From contig OZ024740.1 in assembly GCA_964016885.1 (NCBI GenBank), positions 258,044,001 through 258,108,000 on the forward strand: 64,000 nucleotides of DNA, read 5' to 3'. Under the pieces are notes generated by a model that did not search any database, was not told the DNA's origin, and saw nothing but the letters and a program-made list of their open reading frames with translations. This stretch comes from Eledone cirrhosa. Lineage: Eukaryota. Both the position numbers and the translations under genes were made by a program. This document shows, piece by piece, positions 22,101-35,345 of this stretch. Numbering within the stretch: position 1 is the first letter of the stretch; each line of letters opens with the position of its first letter.

Positions 22101-23359
22101 CGTCAAGTTGGAACGGCTCCTCTTCAAATTCTTGTGGAGGGGACAAGTTTCGTTGGTGAAGCGGTCCATCTGTTGCCAGCAACCTCTACGCGGAGGGCTG
22201 AGCATGCCGTAGCTAATGATGCGCAGACATGCGCTGAGGCTGCGACATCTCCAGCTATTCTGCCTAAACGGTGAACAGGTGTGGTCGCCGTTTATCAGAC
22301 GGGCCTTTCCGCAGCTCGTTTCTTTGACTGAGCTGCAGTCCCGGGTCAAGAAGAGACCGAGACTGGGTACTGACACCTGGAATGTTGTCAGGCACTCACT
22401 GCCCTCTTCCAAGCATGCAATGCGATCAGTGGAACTGCCACTCTCGAGTTCTATAGAGGATTAGTGGTGGGCAAGTGCGATGACGCACTCGGAGAAACTT
22501 TGGGCCTCGACGAAGTCGAACTGACCAGTCTGTACCGGAGGACTTTAGAGCTGGGGACGATGGACAATTTCCAGAAATCCCTCGCTTGGCAGTGCTACCG
22601 GGGTGGGGGAGGGCACTGCCGGTTCGGGATAAACTCTACAGGCACGGAAGTGCTGTCAGACGGACCTGCCCATGATGCGCACAGAACGACGAAAGCATTA
22701 TGCACGCACTTGTCCAATGTCCGTGCATTACTGACTTATGGAGATATGTCGAACAGCTACTGTCGCATGTGGAACGAATCCGGCTATCGGCCGAGTCCAT
22801 AGTGAAGATCGACCGCCGCCTTCCTTAGGTCAGGAAGAGCAGGACATTTTCCTCTGTCTGGTGGCCGTTGCGAAAGAGGTTATATGGTGGACCAGATTAA
22901 AAGGACTGAAGACAAACACTTTTCTCATCGGCCAATCCCTCATCAACTTCTTCAAGTTTCACCCGGAAAGGAAGGTGAGGGTGGAGAGAGAAGTGATGCC
23001 TCGCAGTACATTTGCTAAAAGGTGGATGAATGTGGCGAGAATGGCCCGTGTGAATGGGCCTACTCTGACCCTGCGCCTATAGGCTAGCTAACTTGAGAGG
23101 AGGGGTGCTCTCCCTGGGTGATCTAGAAGTGCAGGGTGGTTCAGGATTGGTGGGGTACCTGAGTCACCCAAGGGTCGTCCACCCCTTATCGGGGAATTTA
23201 TTTGTTATATTTATGCATAATTTATTTTATATTTTTCATATTTTCATTGTTAAATTAGTCTTGCCATTGTGCACTTTTACTCGACCTTATTGTAAATCCC
23301 CACTGTCACTGTTTTTGTATTGTCCCCTACATGTCGGCCCTTGTGGCTAATAAATGAAA

Positions 23360-23421
<62 letters not shown>
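19165..23421 (+). mobile_element. Degenerate, more divergent Tx1-like LINE, 5'-truncated with a probable inverted 5' segment (19165-~19446)
   Basis: ORF2 remnants 19963-23082 (GSLNVRG, GDWN, GYWKLN, NFRPVTLLN, YADY); AATAAA 23349; (ATT)n 23362-23421 followed by (AGA)n. Confidence 0.9.
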
Positions 23422-23422
<1 letters not shown>

Positions 23423-23749
23423 GAAGAAGAAGAAGAAGAAGAAGAAGAAGAAGAAGAAGAAGAAGAAGAAGAAGACGACGACATTTACCTGAAACAGAAT
23501 CGGGAAAATCTTGATGAATGAAGATGGGGAGGAGAAGGTTTTGACAGAATTTTGCTAATTTTGAAATTCAACTTTCTCGTTAGATGCTCCTGATAAATGT
23601 TGGAAATATTTTCATGGAATTAACCTAATTATTTCTATTTATTAAAAAGTTATATTAGCAAACATTTCTGATTCGCAAATGACAAATTTCTTTTTAGAAA
23701 TCAATATGAAAATCAAAGACAACAACAAAAGCAACATAATTAACAAAAT

Positions 23750-23995
23750 ATATGATAGTGATCATAACGATGATGATGATAATGATGCTGATGATGGTGG
23801 TGAGGAGGGGGAGGAGGAGGAGGAGGAAGTGTAGGAAGTGGGGGAAGGGAAGGTTTATGATGATGTTGATGGTGATGATTTGGAGGACGAGAAGATAGAA
23901 GAGAATGAAAAGAAGCTGGAAGATGATATTGAAAATGATGAAGATGATGATGATGATGATGATGATAATGATGATGATGCGAAGAATGAAGATAA
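23750..23995. repeat. Compound (GAT)n/(GAG)n/(GAA)n microsatellite
   Basis: Direct reading of degenerate trinucleotide runs. Confidence 0.85.
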
Positions 23996-24160
23996 TAATT
24001 GTTTCTACTTTTGGCACAAGGCCAGCAATTAAATCAGTGTATTACTGGTACTTTATTTTATCGACCCCGTAAGGATGAAAGGCAAAGCTAACCTTGGCGG
24101 GATTTGAACTCAGACCATAAAGGGCCGTAACCCTTTTCTGCAAAGCATGGCGTCAGACCA
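23993..24160 (-). mobile_element. SINE copy
   Basis: AATAATTGTTTCTACTTTTGGCACAAGGCCAGCAATT...GGCGGGATTTGAACTCAG; near-identical to 4669-4866. Confidence 0.8.
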
Positions 24161-24350
24161 ATGTTCTCTAATTTAAGCTCAAAGTCAGCAGTTTGGTGGA
24201 GGATAAAGCCGATTTTTACGAACCAAGTATTTAGCAAGTACATTAGTTACCTCGGAATGAAAGAATGTAACGTTGAACTCTGCATTATTGGAATTCAGGC
24301 CGTAATGACTCGTGCACAAATGCCACATAACACTTGCCAGATGTTCAAAC

Positions 24351-24409
<59 letters not shown>

Positions 24410-24569
24410 TAAATGGTCCCGCAATTCCCAAAGGAATCGTAGGGGCACCATATTGACATACCTCGTTTGTAGGGTAGATTTAAACCTAGCAGAGCCCATC
24501 CTTCTTAAGGTTTGAACGCACCAGATTTCTTCGAGAGAAATATAGAGGAAGAACCGGCCCCAGTCCTTG

Positions 24570-24712
24570 ACTGGTAGAATTTTTATCGACCTCGAAAGGT
24601 TCAAAGGCAAAGTTGACCTCGGCGGGATTTACATTCGGAGAGCAGATAGCGGAGAGCAGAAATGAATACCGCAAATATCTGATGTTCTAACGACTCAGCC
24701 AATTCGCAGCCT
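24570..24712 (-). mobile_element. SINE 5' portion (related subfamily)
   Basis: TTTTATCGACCTCGAAAGG...AAAGGCAAAGTTGACCTCGGCGGGATTT...CTAACGACTCAGCCAATTCGC. Confidence 0.65.
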
Positions 24713-24715
24713 CTC

Positions 24716-24823
<108 letters not shown>

Positions 24824-25019
24824 CTTGTAAAAAAACTCAAGAGACAAATCGGTAAGTGTAATAGTTATCTTTCTCTCTAACCATCTCTCAAATTACACTG
24901 TTGATAACTTGATCATTAGTCAAACGGGCAGCTATCGATTAGTACTTACGTATGTATCTCACAATTCGTAAAAAAACACAAGTTAAAAGAATAAACTACA
25001 TTATCTCAATAACAGTGTG

Positions 25020-25058
25020 TAGATAGATATATGAATATATATATATATAGATAGATAT

Positions 25059-25119
<61 letters not shown>

Positions 25120-25174
25120 GAGAGAGACAGATAGACTGACAGGCAGACAGACAGACATATAGATAGATAGATAT

Positions 25175-25254
<80 letters not shown>

Positions 25255-25270
25255 GTAGGTAGATAGGTAG
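25020..25270. repeat. (TAGA)n/(CAGA)n microsatellite
   Basis: Direct reading. Confidence 0.95.
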
Positions 25271-25503
25271 GGAGGGAAGGAGGTCGGTAGGTCGCTCGGG
25301 AGAAAGTATTTGTAATTTATTTAAATGAATCAAAAATGTAATACGGCAATGGCTGGTGAGACACGAGGGTGAATGTCGGTAATGTTCGAGAATTCAAATA
25401 TCTTTACATAGAATGTTGTAAACCAGAAACTATTACATTAATTATATACCTACTGAAAACTCCATCATACTTGACGGTAATATACTAAAATATATATATA
25501 TAA

Positions 25504-26693
25504 TCTATAAAGCTCAGTGTGTGGTCATGCTTCTTTCTTACAGAAATCTACGATATAGAATTTCTTCAATTGAAATTTACAATTCAGTATTCGAAATAGT
25601 TTCGATTGCGTCTTAGCACATCTAATGTTTGCAATTTCACCCACAATTACGCAAAAAATAAATAAAACTCAATATTTTACGATTTTTCTCTGTCATTTAA
25701 ACTGCTAAACTCTTTCCACTACCATTCAAAATCTATACAACTTCATACTTTCTGCTACTTTCTCTTTCTAAGCTTGATGGTGATACTTTCCGTTTTACTC
25801 TGTCATATCATCTACTTCCCTCTACCTACATCCCACACATTTTGCTACTTTCTCTTTTATACTTCAAATTATTACATTTTATACGAAACGACAATTAGTC
25901 AAAAGCAACAGATACATTTATTCAACAACAAGCGATAAATCTTTTTTAAAACCTCTTTTCCAAACGCATACAAACACACACTCACTTCAACAACAACAAC
26001 AACAACAACCTGCCTTTTATAGATAATGATAAACAATAATATCCTCTATGAGGTCACTAAACCTGCTAGAAACAGCAGCTAACTCTCCCCCATATCACAC
26101 CACTGCCTACTGTCTTAAATTTAGAAAACACATATCCTCTATGAGCTTACTAAACCTGCTAGAAACAGCAGCTAACTCTCCCCCATATCACACCCATCCC
26201 TACTGTCTTAAATTTAGAAAACATATCTTCTATGAGGTCACTAAACCTGCTAGAAACAGCAGCTAACTCTCCTCCATATCACACCACTCCCTACTGTCTT
26301 AAATTTAGAAAACATATCCTCTATGAGGTCACTAAACCTGCTAGAAACAACAGCTAACTCTCCCTCATATCACAACCCTCCCTACTGTCTTAAATTTAGA
26401 AAACACACAGACAACCATGCAGAACAACTCCATCGCAGCTCTGTTGTTCGGTTGGAATCGTCTACGCGCGTGTTGCGCAAGTACTGTGAAACAATAAATT
26501 TCAACACTTTTTTGCACAGAGATAATATCCATAGGCGAAACTACAATTGTCACTGCTGGTGCAGCTCCTGCTTCCAGGTCTGCAATTCATTCACCCAGTG
26601 CCTGGCAGACAAAAAAGTGCTGCCATAAAATGGGTGGTGCAACCTAACTTTGGTAACTTAATGACCCCGAGCAACGCCGGGCTTTAATGCTAG
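25504..26693 (+). mobile_element. Putative non-autonomous Helitron (3' end clear, 5' end tentative)
   Basis: 3' signature CCCG-AGCAACGC-CGGG hairpin (26666-26681) followed 8 nt later by CTAG|T (26690-26693); candidate A|TC 5' end at 25504. Confidence 0.5.
26040..26406. repeat. Minisatellite, 4 x 91-93 bp
   Basis: Units start at 26040, 26133, 26224, 26315 (TATCCTCTATGAGGTCACTAAACCTGCTAGAAACAGCAGC...AAATTTAGAAAACA). Confidence 0.95.
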
Positions 26694-26810
26694 TATGTAG
26701 ATAAATCTACCAAAATATACGGTAGTGTCCAATCCGTATGAAACTCAATGTAATCTAAATATCGATGAAAATCATAATATATATATACTATCCCCCCTCT
26801 CTCTCTATAT

Positions 26811-26855
<45 letters not shown>

Positions 26856-26959
26856 AGTGTGTGTGTGTGTGTGTGTGTACACCAACACTTATGTACATAA
26901 GCAGATATAGACCTCTGAAACACAACCACAAGCGCACATTGACACACACTCACACGTAC

Positions 26960-27300
26960 ATAAATTTAGTGCCGGTTGCCATTGAGAACCTGAGCATCCT
27001 GGTTCCCCAGACTGCCGCTTTCCTCCGCAAAATCGGAAGCTATCTCACCTGGGGATGGATACATGTGAAGCGGAATGCCTGATGCACCAATTATTGCTGG
27101 TCTTTTTCTGCGTCATTGTTCTCGCCATCTAGTCTGTGGGGCGCAGCTGAGATATTCTCTAAAGACAAGGGTATAGATATCCCTACCCCCGCATCATCCT
27201 TATTACTTTACTATATATTTATCACCCAATATTTTTCTTTATAAATTTTTCCTGTGTGTAAGTATATGCAACTGAATTTGTAATTTTGAATCAATAAAAA
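26960..27300 (+). pseudogene. CRE-like retrotransposon 3' relic
   Basis: LVPVAIENLSILVPQTAAFLRKIG resembles the RLE C-terminal motif F.PVA.ETLG..G......FL..IG; AATAAA near 27293. Confidence 0.45.
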
Positions 27301-27572
27301 TTTCGTATTTATGCACACATAGCATCAATGGCGTGATATCGATATTGGCCTTCCCCCAGATTTATGGTGGATGTTAAAGTGGAGAGTAAAGTTTGGTGGC
27401 CTCATGTCAAGGTTAATAGATTGAGAGCAATAATATAACTGCTTATCATACGGAACGAACACGGGTTATTTTATGTGTAGGATATTCTCAACACTATCTA
27501 TATCTGTTTTATATTTATTTTATAACACTGCAGACAGCAATAAATATATCACAGTGAAATATACGTCTATGT

Positions 27573-27619
<47 letters not shown>

Positions 27620-27669
27620 CGTTCTCACATGACCTTGAGGCAAATAAAAGAAGTTATTAATATGAATCG

Positions 27670-28090
27670 AAGGGCGGGTGGATAGACAGTATCGGTAGAG
27701 CATTGGGAAAAGGATCTGTAGCATAAATATACGTTCTGAGATGAAATCTCGCCGAGGTTAGCTTTACCTTTCATGGATAATGTGAAGAATTGGTAAAGTA
27801 GAGGGATCAATTTAATTGACATTTCCCTCTCCCACAATTGTTGGCCTTGTGCCTAAATCAGAAACCATTATGCTGTCTCGAAGGACGGGTGAACTGGCAG
27901 TATCGGTAAAATGCTTTGCGGCATAGTTACGACCCTTTGCGTTCGGAGTTCAAATTCCGCCAAGTTTAGCTTGGCCTGTTATCCTTAGGAGTTCGATAAA
28001 ACAAAGCATTAGTAATGTACTGGGGTCAATTTAATTGACTTCCCATCCCCCAAAACCGTTGGCCTTTTGACTAAATCAGAGACCATTATT
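27670..28090 (+). mobile_element. Two tandem SINE copies (27670-27871, 27880-28090)
   Basis: Both start GAAGG.CGGGTG.A.. and end GGCCTT.TG.CTAAATCAGA.ACCATTAT; B-box-like GAGTTCAAATTCC in the second. Confidence 0.8.
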
Positions 28091-28299
28091 TATTTCGTTC
28101 TCCATCGACATGTGTCTACAGTTCACTCCATAAGTTTGTTGTTCATTCATCTTGTAAAAAACGTTTATTTTGGAAAATATTTTATTGTATTGTGGTTAAC
28201 TTGATCCTATCTGTGGTCCTTAAACACTAAATCTCCGTTGTTTTGCAAAGCCCCTACACCTCCGATGAATTTTATTTCCCAAAAACATGGAAGGTGCAG

Positions 28300-28890
28300 A
28301 AGAAATAACTGGTGTCCACAAAATGGAACGTGTCACGTTCAACTATTGCAAAAGATGACAACAACAATAACAACTATAATCGTGAATATTGTACCACCTA
28401 CTTCTTTTGGCTTGGGCGGGAAGGAAGTTTTCGTCTGACCGATGGCTATGGTGAAAGAGGTTTTGGGGTGTACGCTACTGAAAGAATTGGAGGCAGACAT
28501 AGTCCTCTTCAAGCCCTCATCAACTTTTTCAAGTTCCATCTGGACAGTAAGGTGACGGTATAGTGGGAAGTGCTGCGTGTTGTTCGTTATATTGTGTAAA
28601 AGGTGGGTGAGTGTAGCTAGGATAGCCAAGGCTTATTCTAAGCAGGTACCAGTAAGGTGAAGAGTCCAGTCAAGAGAATGTCACCTTCATATGGTGTTCT
28701 TGTCCATCAGGATATTTTCTGATTAGTGGGATTCCAAAATTACACCTGCCTCTTATTGGTTAATTCTGTTATAATTATATTGCTATTTTGGTACTTGTTA
28801 CGCTTCTGTATCAATGTAAGTATCTAACTGTCACTGCTCACATGTATTGTCGTTTGAGGTCCGGCCCTAGAGGCCAATGAGAAATAATTT
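28300..28890 (+). mobile_element. Old 3' fragment of Tx1-like LINE
   Basis: IVNIVPPTSFGLGGKEVFV*PMAMVKEV and ALINFFKFHLDSKV match the ORF2 C-terminus of 15452-18871. Confidence 0.75.
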
Positions 28891-29221
28891 TTATCGTTTA
28901 TATATGAAATGTACAACTGATCGTGTATTGATGCTTTTCTGCTGAAGTTGATCCAGATTATAAAATAACTTTTGCGTTCTTATCCGAGATCTTTATTTCT
29001 TTTAATAGTTTTTCCTATTTTTGACCTTATAACTGTTGATGATGTTGTTGCTGTTGCTACTTTTGTTGCTCTCATTCATTCTGTCGTTCATTGCTACGGT
29101 GTTTCTGTTTTATGGGATTTATATATATATATATGTATTAAGTTGTGTGTTAAACAGCCAAAATATATGATAGATTTCTGTATCTCCCCCTCTCTCCCTG
29201 TCTCTCTCTTTCTCTCTCTCA

Positions 29222-29291
<70 letters not shown>

Positions 29292-30099
29292 ATATATATA
29301 CACATGCACACATACATGCATACGTATCTCTATACTCACTCTGCATCTCCTCTCCGTGAATTGAGTACTTCAATGATTAGTGGTCTCCACGATCTCAGCA
29401 CCGAAAAGCTCTATATACACAGACACAAACTCACACAAACGCACACACACTCACATACACACAAACGCACACATACGCCCACGCACACACACATACACTC
29501 ACATACACACACACATACACACATACACACACACATACATACATATATATATATATGTAGAAGTTATATTTAATTTATTGGGATACAACAAGCAAATATT
29601 TTTATAACTGATATAAAGCACTCAACAAATTATCGGAGTAAAACTACGATATATTAACAAATATTTGTTAATATATCGTATATATATATATATATTTTGT
29701 CTTTGCGTGCAATTGTTCTCCCCGTTCCACATATGACGTATTTTCTTCGTTTTTTCCGTTCATTGCCAGAGAACGTCTCTATGCACCACCTAAGAGAACA
29801 TTAGGCTACGACTTCTTTTATACCATAAACGTGGTTCTGTCTTTGCGCGTAATTGTTTTTCACCGCTCCTATTAATGACGTATTATATTCGTTTTTTCCC
29901 GTTCTTTGCCAGGGAACGTTTCCACGAACCAAAGTATCGTCTTCCTGTCTTCCTCCGGTTGCAACGTTTTTTGAAATATTCACTTCTGCGTTTACAGATT
30001 GACTTTGTTAGTTTCAGAAGATCCCGTTGAGGGTGAAAGCAGCGATTCTTTGCTTAAACTTTAATCTGTTATTTTAATAAATATATATATATATATATA

Positions 30100-30645
30100 T
30101 ATCATTATCATCATCATCATGATCCGGCGGCCTCAGCCGAAATCTACTCAACAATTGATCTCCACGTTGGTCTGTCGTTCATTGCCGTTGCCAAGTCCTG
30201 GATTTCAATACCAGAATCTCTAGAGATGACATCAGGATAGGAGAGCTTGTGTCCCCTGTTATTCGTGACTGATTGTGGTTTCCAAAGTAGTAATGGGGAC
30301 ACCTCTCCTCATAGGTGGTACGATGGCAGTGGCTATCAAATCTTACACTCCTTTTACGTACAACGACAGATATGCGTTGGAGGCCGGCAATATATTTCTT
30401 TCAAAGTCAGATGTCGCCAGCTTTTGTGGTGAATGTGTTGAAGCAAGCAAGAATGTTTGAATGAAAGCGTTCCATGTTTCACTTCCATATAGCAAGCCTG
30501 GTTGAAATGTTACTTGGAAGAGTCTGATTTTGGCGTAGTTGGAAAGAACATGTTTGGGCCTTTCTGGTGACAAAATCCTTCGCAGAGTCCATGATCCAGG
30601 ACCAAGGATATCCTCGACTTTCTTGATACCACTGCAGCGGATTAC
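30100..30645 (-). mobile_element. RTE-clade LINE 3' fragment
   Basis: Minus-strand KIRLFQVTFQPGLLYGSETW motif; (TGA)n tail at ~30101-30122. Confidence 0.7.
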
Positions 30646-30662
30646 TTTGTATATATATATAA

Positions 30663-30716
<54 letters not shown>

Positions 30717-30910
30717 AGGATGAATATAAAATGAAAGTGCTTTTGTTAAAAAAGGAATTTATTAGGTGTTGACATATGTTTCTGTAACAGACCGAATACC
30801 TATGTATCGCTGCTTGCGTAATCATATAATGTTAGCAAGTATTCGATAGCAAATGTATAATCAGTTGTCACTTCTTCAGAGATTTTGGATAAACATTATT
30901 GATAACCTGA

Positions 30911-30968
<58 letters not shown>

Positions 30969-31383
30969 AAAAAAAGATGAAATCGAAAATGCAACTGGAG
31001 TCTTATTTTAAAAAATATATATACATTTATTTGGTTCCTTTACCGGTTTCACAGTTCTTCTGCTTTTCAAAAGTAGAGTTAAGATGGAGGGTCTGTGGTT
31101 TTTTTCACATCTTGTTGGTCTTAGAATGTTACTTGTTTTATATGGAAAAGAGTGGCTCGAAACGCCAGATTTTTAGAGAAATAATTTGATTGGTTGGTCA
31201 ATAACTATACTAAATTTCTTCAAACAGTGGGGGGGGGGCTCAGGTTGTTTTTTCATACATGAGTGAAGTTTGGTTGGTTGATGCAGTCACGTGAATAAGC
31301 ACATCAGCTTTCGCGCCAGTTTGTTTGAATTTCTTTTTACTTAAAAAAGGGGCTCACGAAGACTTTTTTTAAATATATATATA

Positions 31384-31800
31384 TTGTAATAATATTGCCA
31401 GAATTAATAACAGAACACACTCACTGTTTGGTTGGTTTTCGCTTCTGTTCAGAAACAGATAAAATAAAGATGGCGTAGATATACAATACAACAGGAGGAA
31501 CATTATAGCACCACAGACAATGTTGCAGGTGTGCAACGAAAGAACTTTGTTAGACTAAATATATATGTGTTTATATCTATATTATATCTGTATTTTTGAC
31601 CGTTGGTCAGTCAATGGTAAACATTGAGGACCGAATGAATGAACTGATACAAAAGACACAGAAGCGAAAACCAACCAAACAGTGAGTGTGTTCTGTTATT
31701 AATGTTGGCAATATTATTACAACAATATGACCCTCCCCAAGTATAACAATATTTGTTTCGACACACGATTTCATATCAAAAACCTAGCAAAACAAATATA
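31384..31800 (+). mobile_element. Non-autonomous PLE derivative with inverted termini
   Basis: 31384-31449 is the reverse complement of 31659-31723; followed by ATGACCCTCCCCAAGTATAACAATAT plus a tail; decayed HHR (GTTGCA-GGTG-TGCAAC-GAAAGAACTT) at ~31512-31552; (TA)n on both sides. Confidence 0.65.
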
Positions 31801-31993
31801 TATATATATATGTATATATTCTCTTTTACTCGTTTACCTGTTCCAGCCATCCGTCAAACTATACATTTCCTATCAGCGAGAACTCCAGCATGGGAAAATC
31901 TCATGAGTACTCCACCAACATGCCAAAATAGAACATAAGAACACATTAGTGAACATAGAAATAAAAATTATATCCACACACAGAAAACACGCA

Positions 31994-32097
<104 letters not shown>

Positions 32098-32774
32098 GCG
32101 CACCGACATATATATATACACACACACATATATATATGCATACATGAAGGCATATATGTATATATTTACATTTACATACATATATGCATGCTTACATTGA
32201 TACATACATACTTACGTACATACATACATGCATACATGTTTGCATACATATCAACGTATGGTAGAAAATAGATTTTAAGAGAGAGTTACGAACCCCCTAA
32301 AATGAGCATTTGTAGAAATCTAGAGTGATGAAATTTATGGAAGAAAATAGACAGAGATAGAGACACAGTGATGTAGAAAGAAAGGAAATGCTAATATATA
32401 CTTCAAAACATAAAATAAAGAAGTGTCGACATTTTGTTAAGTAAATCTATAGATTTATTTACTTGTCACACATAAACAGTTAGGAAACGGCAAAATGCTG
32501 CCACGTTCTTAGATTATGGTCCATCCTTTGTTTACAAGACAACCGTTGAGTTTGTAGACGATTCGGCTCTGGCTACAAGAACCTGGATAGGCATATTTCC
32601 TGTATACTGTCTCAGAAAGACTTCTGTAATGTCAGTCCATGGTGCCAACTGAGATGTTAATAGCGGTAGCTATTTACCATATTAAAACAAAAAACAAACT
32701 GGATTGGACGAAATTCTCACGGGACACAATATGGCCGATGTATCTCACTCTTCGTTTTGCGCATACACCCACAC

Positions 32775-33440
<666 letters not shown>

Positions 33441-33526
33441 ATAATAATAAATTTGAAGACTAAAATCCAAATAGGGCTCGATAAGGATAAATATATATCA
33501 AATATATAAGAACCGTAGAGCAAATA

Positions 33527-33879
33527 TTTATTAAAATAACAGATTAAAATTTAAGCAAAGAATCGCTGCTTTCACCCTTAACGGGATCTACTGAAACTAA
33601 CAAAGTCAATCTGTAAACGCAGAAGTGGATATTTCAAAAAACGTTAAACAATATCTGAATATTTCTACAAAGAACATACCCGTACCAAGCAGGAAAACAT
33701 ACCTAAAACTCCTGATACAGACGAACCAAAGTATCGTATTCCTGTCTTCCTCCGGTTGCAACGTCTTTTGAAATATCCACTTCTGCGTTTACAGATTGAC
33801 TTTGTTAGTTTCAGTAGATCCCGTTAAGGGTGAAAGCAGTGATTCTTTGCTTAACTTTAATCTGTTATTTTAATAAATA
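33527..33879. repeat. Inverted repeat (~120-bp arms, ~113-bp spacer) of a dispersed element also at 29925-30082
   Basis: 33527-33645 is the reverse complement of 33759-33879; the right arm abuts (TA)n. Confidence 0.85.
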
Positions 33880-33896
33880 AATATATATATATATAT

Positions 33897-34061
33897 ATTA
33901 TAGTTTATAAGGTAATTTTAAAAAATATATGATCAACACTACTGTGTTATTTTTGCAAAATGACAATAATTTTTTTTTTTTTTTTTTTTTCCGTCATTTT
34001 GCAAAAAAAAACACAGTAGTGTTGATCATATATTTTTTTCAATTACTTTTTAAACTATAAT
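33897..34061. repeat. Inverted repeat (~68-bp arms) with T-rich loop
   Basis: ATTATAGTTTA...CAAAATGAC versus GTCATTTTG...TAAACTATAAT. Confidence 0.85.
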
Positions 34062-34117
34062 GTAATGCTCAGAAGTATTTTCTTAGAGCTTAATATTTGT
34101 AACTGACTACTAAACTG

Positions 34118-34165
<48 letters not shown>

Positions 34166-34252
34166 CGGCGATGAATTAGTTTAGCGAGGTTTTTTTATTA
34201 ATTCTGTTATTAATTCTGGCAATATTACGCAAATATGACCCTCCCCAAGTAT

Positions 34253-34313
<61 letters not shown>

Positions 34314-34401
34314 ATGTAGGAGGTGAGTTTTATTGTAGTACAATAAAGCAATGCAGATATCGGATAAGAAGCACTCTACAGTTTATGGGACTGGAGTATG
34401 C

Positions 34402-34741
34402 ATAATATAAGATCAAAAGATGGTTAAAGGAGTTCCATATATTTTATTATGCGCATTTCAAAAACAAACATCATCAAACAATAATATTTGTGTTTTCATC
34501 AGATAAAACAGGAGAACATGATATGAAGGCTAAAAAAAACACTTGTTGATAGTGCAGTTTTAAATCAACATATGTTGATTTAAAACTGCACTATCAACAA
34601 GTGTTTTTTTTAGCCTTCATATCATGTTCTCCTGTTTTATCTGATGAAAACACAAATATTATTGTTTGATGATGTTTGTTTTTGAAATGCGCATAATAAA
34701 ATATATGGAACTCCTTTAACCATCTTTTGATCTTATATTAT
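34402..34741. repeat. Perfect spacer-less 340-bp palindrome carrying two divergent HHR motifs (34442-34508 minus, 34635-34701 plus)
   Basis: Axis at CAACAT|ATGTTG (34571/34572); HHR TTTTAT-CTGATGA-AAACACAAATATTAT...ATGATGTTTGTTTTT-GAAA-TGCGCA-TA-ATAAAA. Confidence 0.9.
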
Positions 34742-34966
34742 ATTTATATATATATATATATGTGCAGTTTAAAGTTTAAGCAAAGAATCGCTGCCAAACT
34801 CAGCTTGTCGAAAGGTTTGCGTTACCCATATAGAAAGCGTAATGATACATTAAATTACATTAGTAACCATTCAAACCATCCAGCCACCATAAACACAAAC
34901 CTGGTCATCACATCCTTACGCTCTAACGTTTAACATTTAACCTACTAGTTGCGTACACACACATAA

Positions 34967-35082
<116 letters not shown>

Positions 35083-35109
35083 CCACACCCACACATATAC
35101 AAATATACA

Positions 35110-35226
35110 AATATAGAAAAGCTTCTACAGGACTAGAACTGTTTCATTCATGCGAAATCACCAGGAAGCTCCTGATGATTTCGCATGAATGAAACAGTTC
35201 TAGTCCTGTAAAAGCTTTTCTATATT
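35110..35226. repeat. Near-perfect palindrome of back-to-back HHR-like motifs
   Basis: Arms 35110-35166 and 35170-35226; plus arm CTGATGA-TTTC-GCAT-GAAT-GAAAC-AGTT; mirror arm has CTGGTGA. Confidence 0.75.
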
Positions 35227-35292
35227 AAACATATATACTATGTATTGAGTACCTTACTTACTGTGGTTATCTCCGATAAACCCGGATTAACT

Positions 35293-35345
<53 letters not shown>

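Noticed and set aside
23838-24032. Acidic Asp/Glu-rich 64-aa ORF as a host exon
   Set aside because: Derived from degenerate (GAT)n/(GAA)n repeats and runs into a SINE.
26040-26406. CRISPR-like array
   Set aside because: Units are repeated over their whole length with no unique spacers; eukaryotic context; no cas genes.
30010-30050. Hammerhead at CAGAAGA-TCCC-GTTGA-GGGT-GAAA (also CAGTAGA at ~33812)
   Set aside because: Core is not CUGANGA in any of three copies and no stem I/III can be formed.
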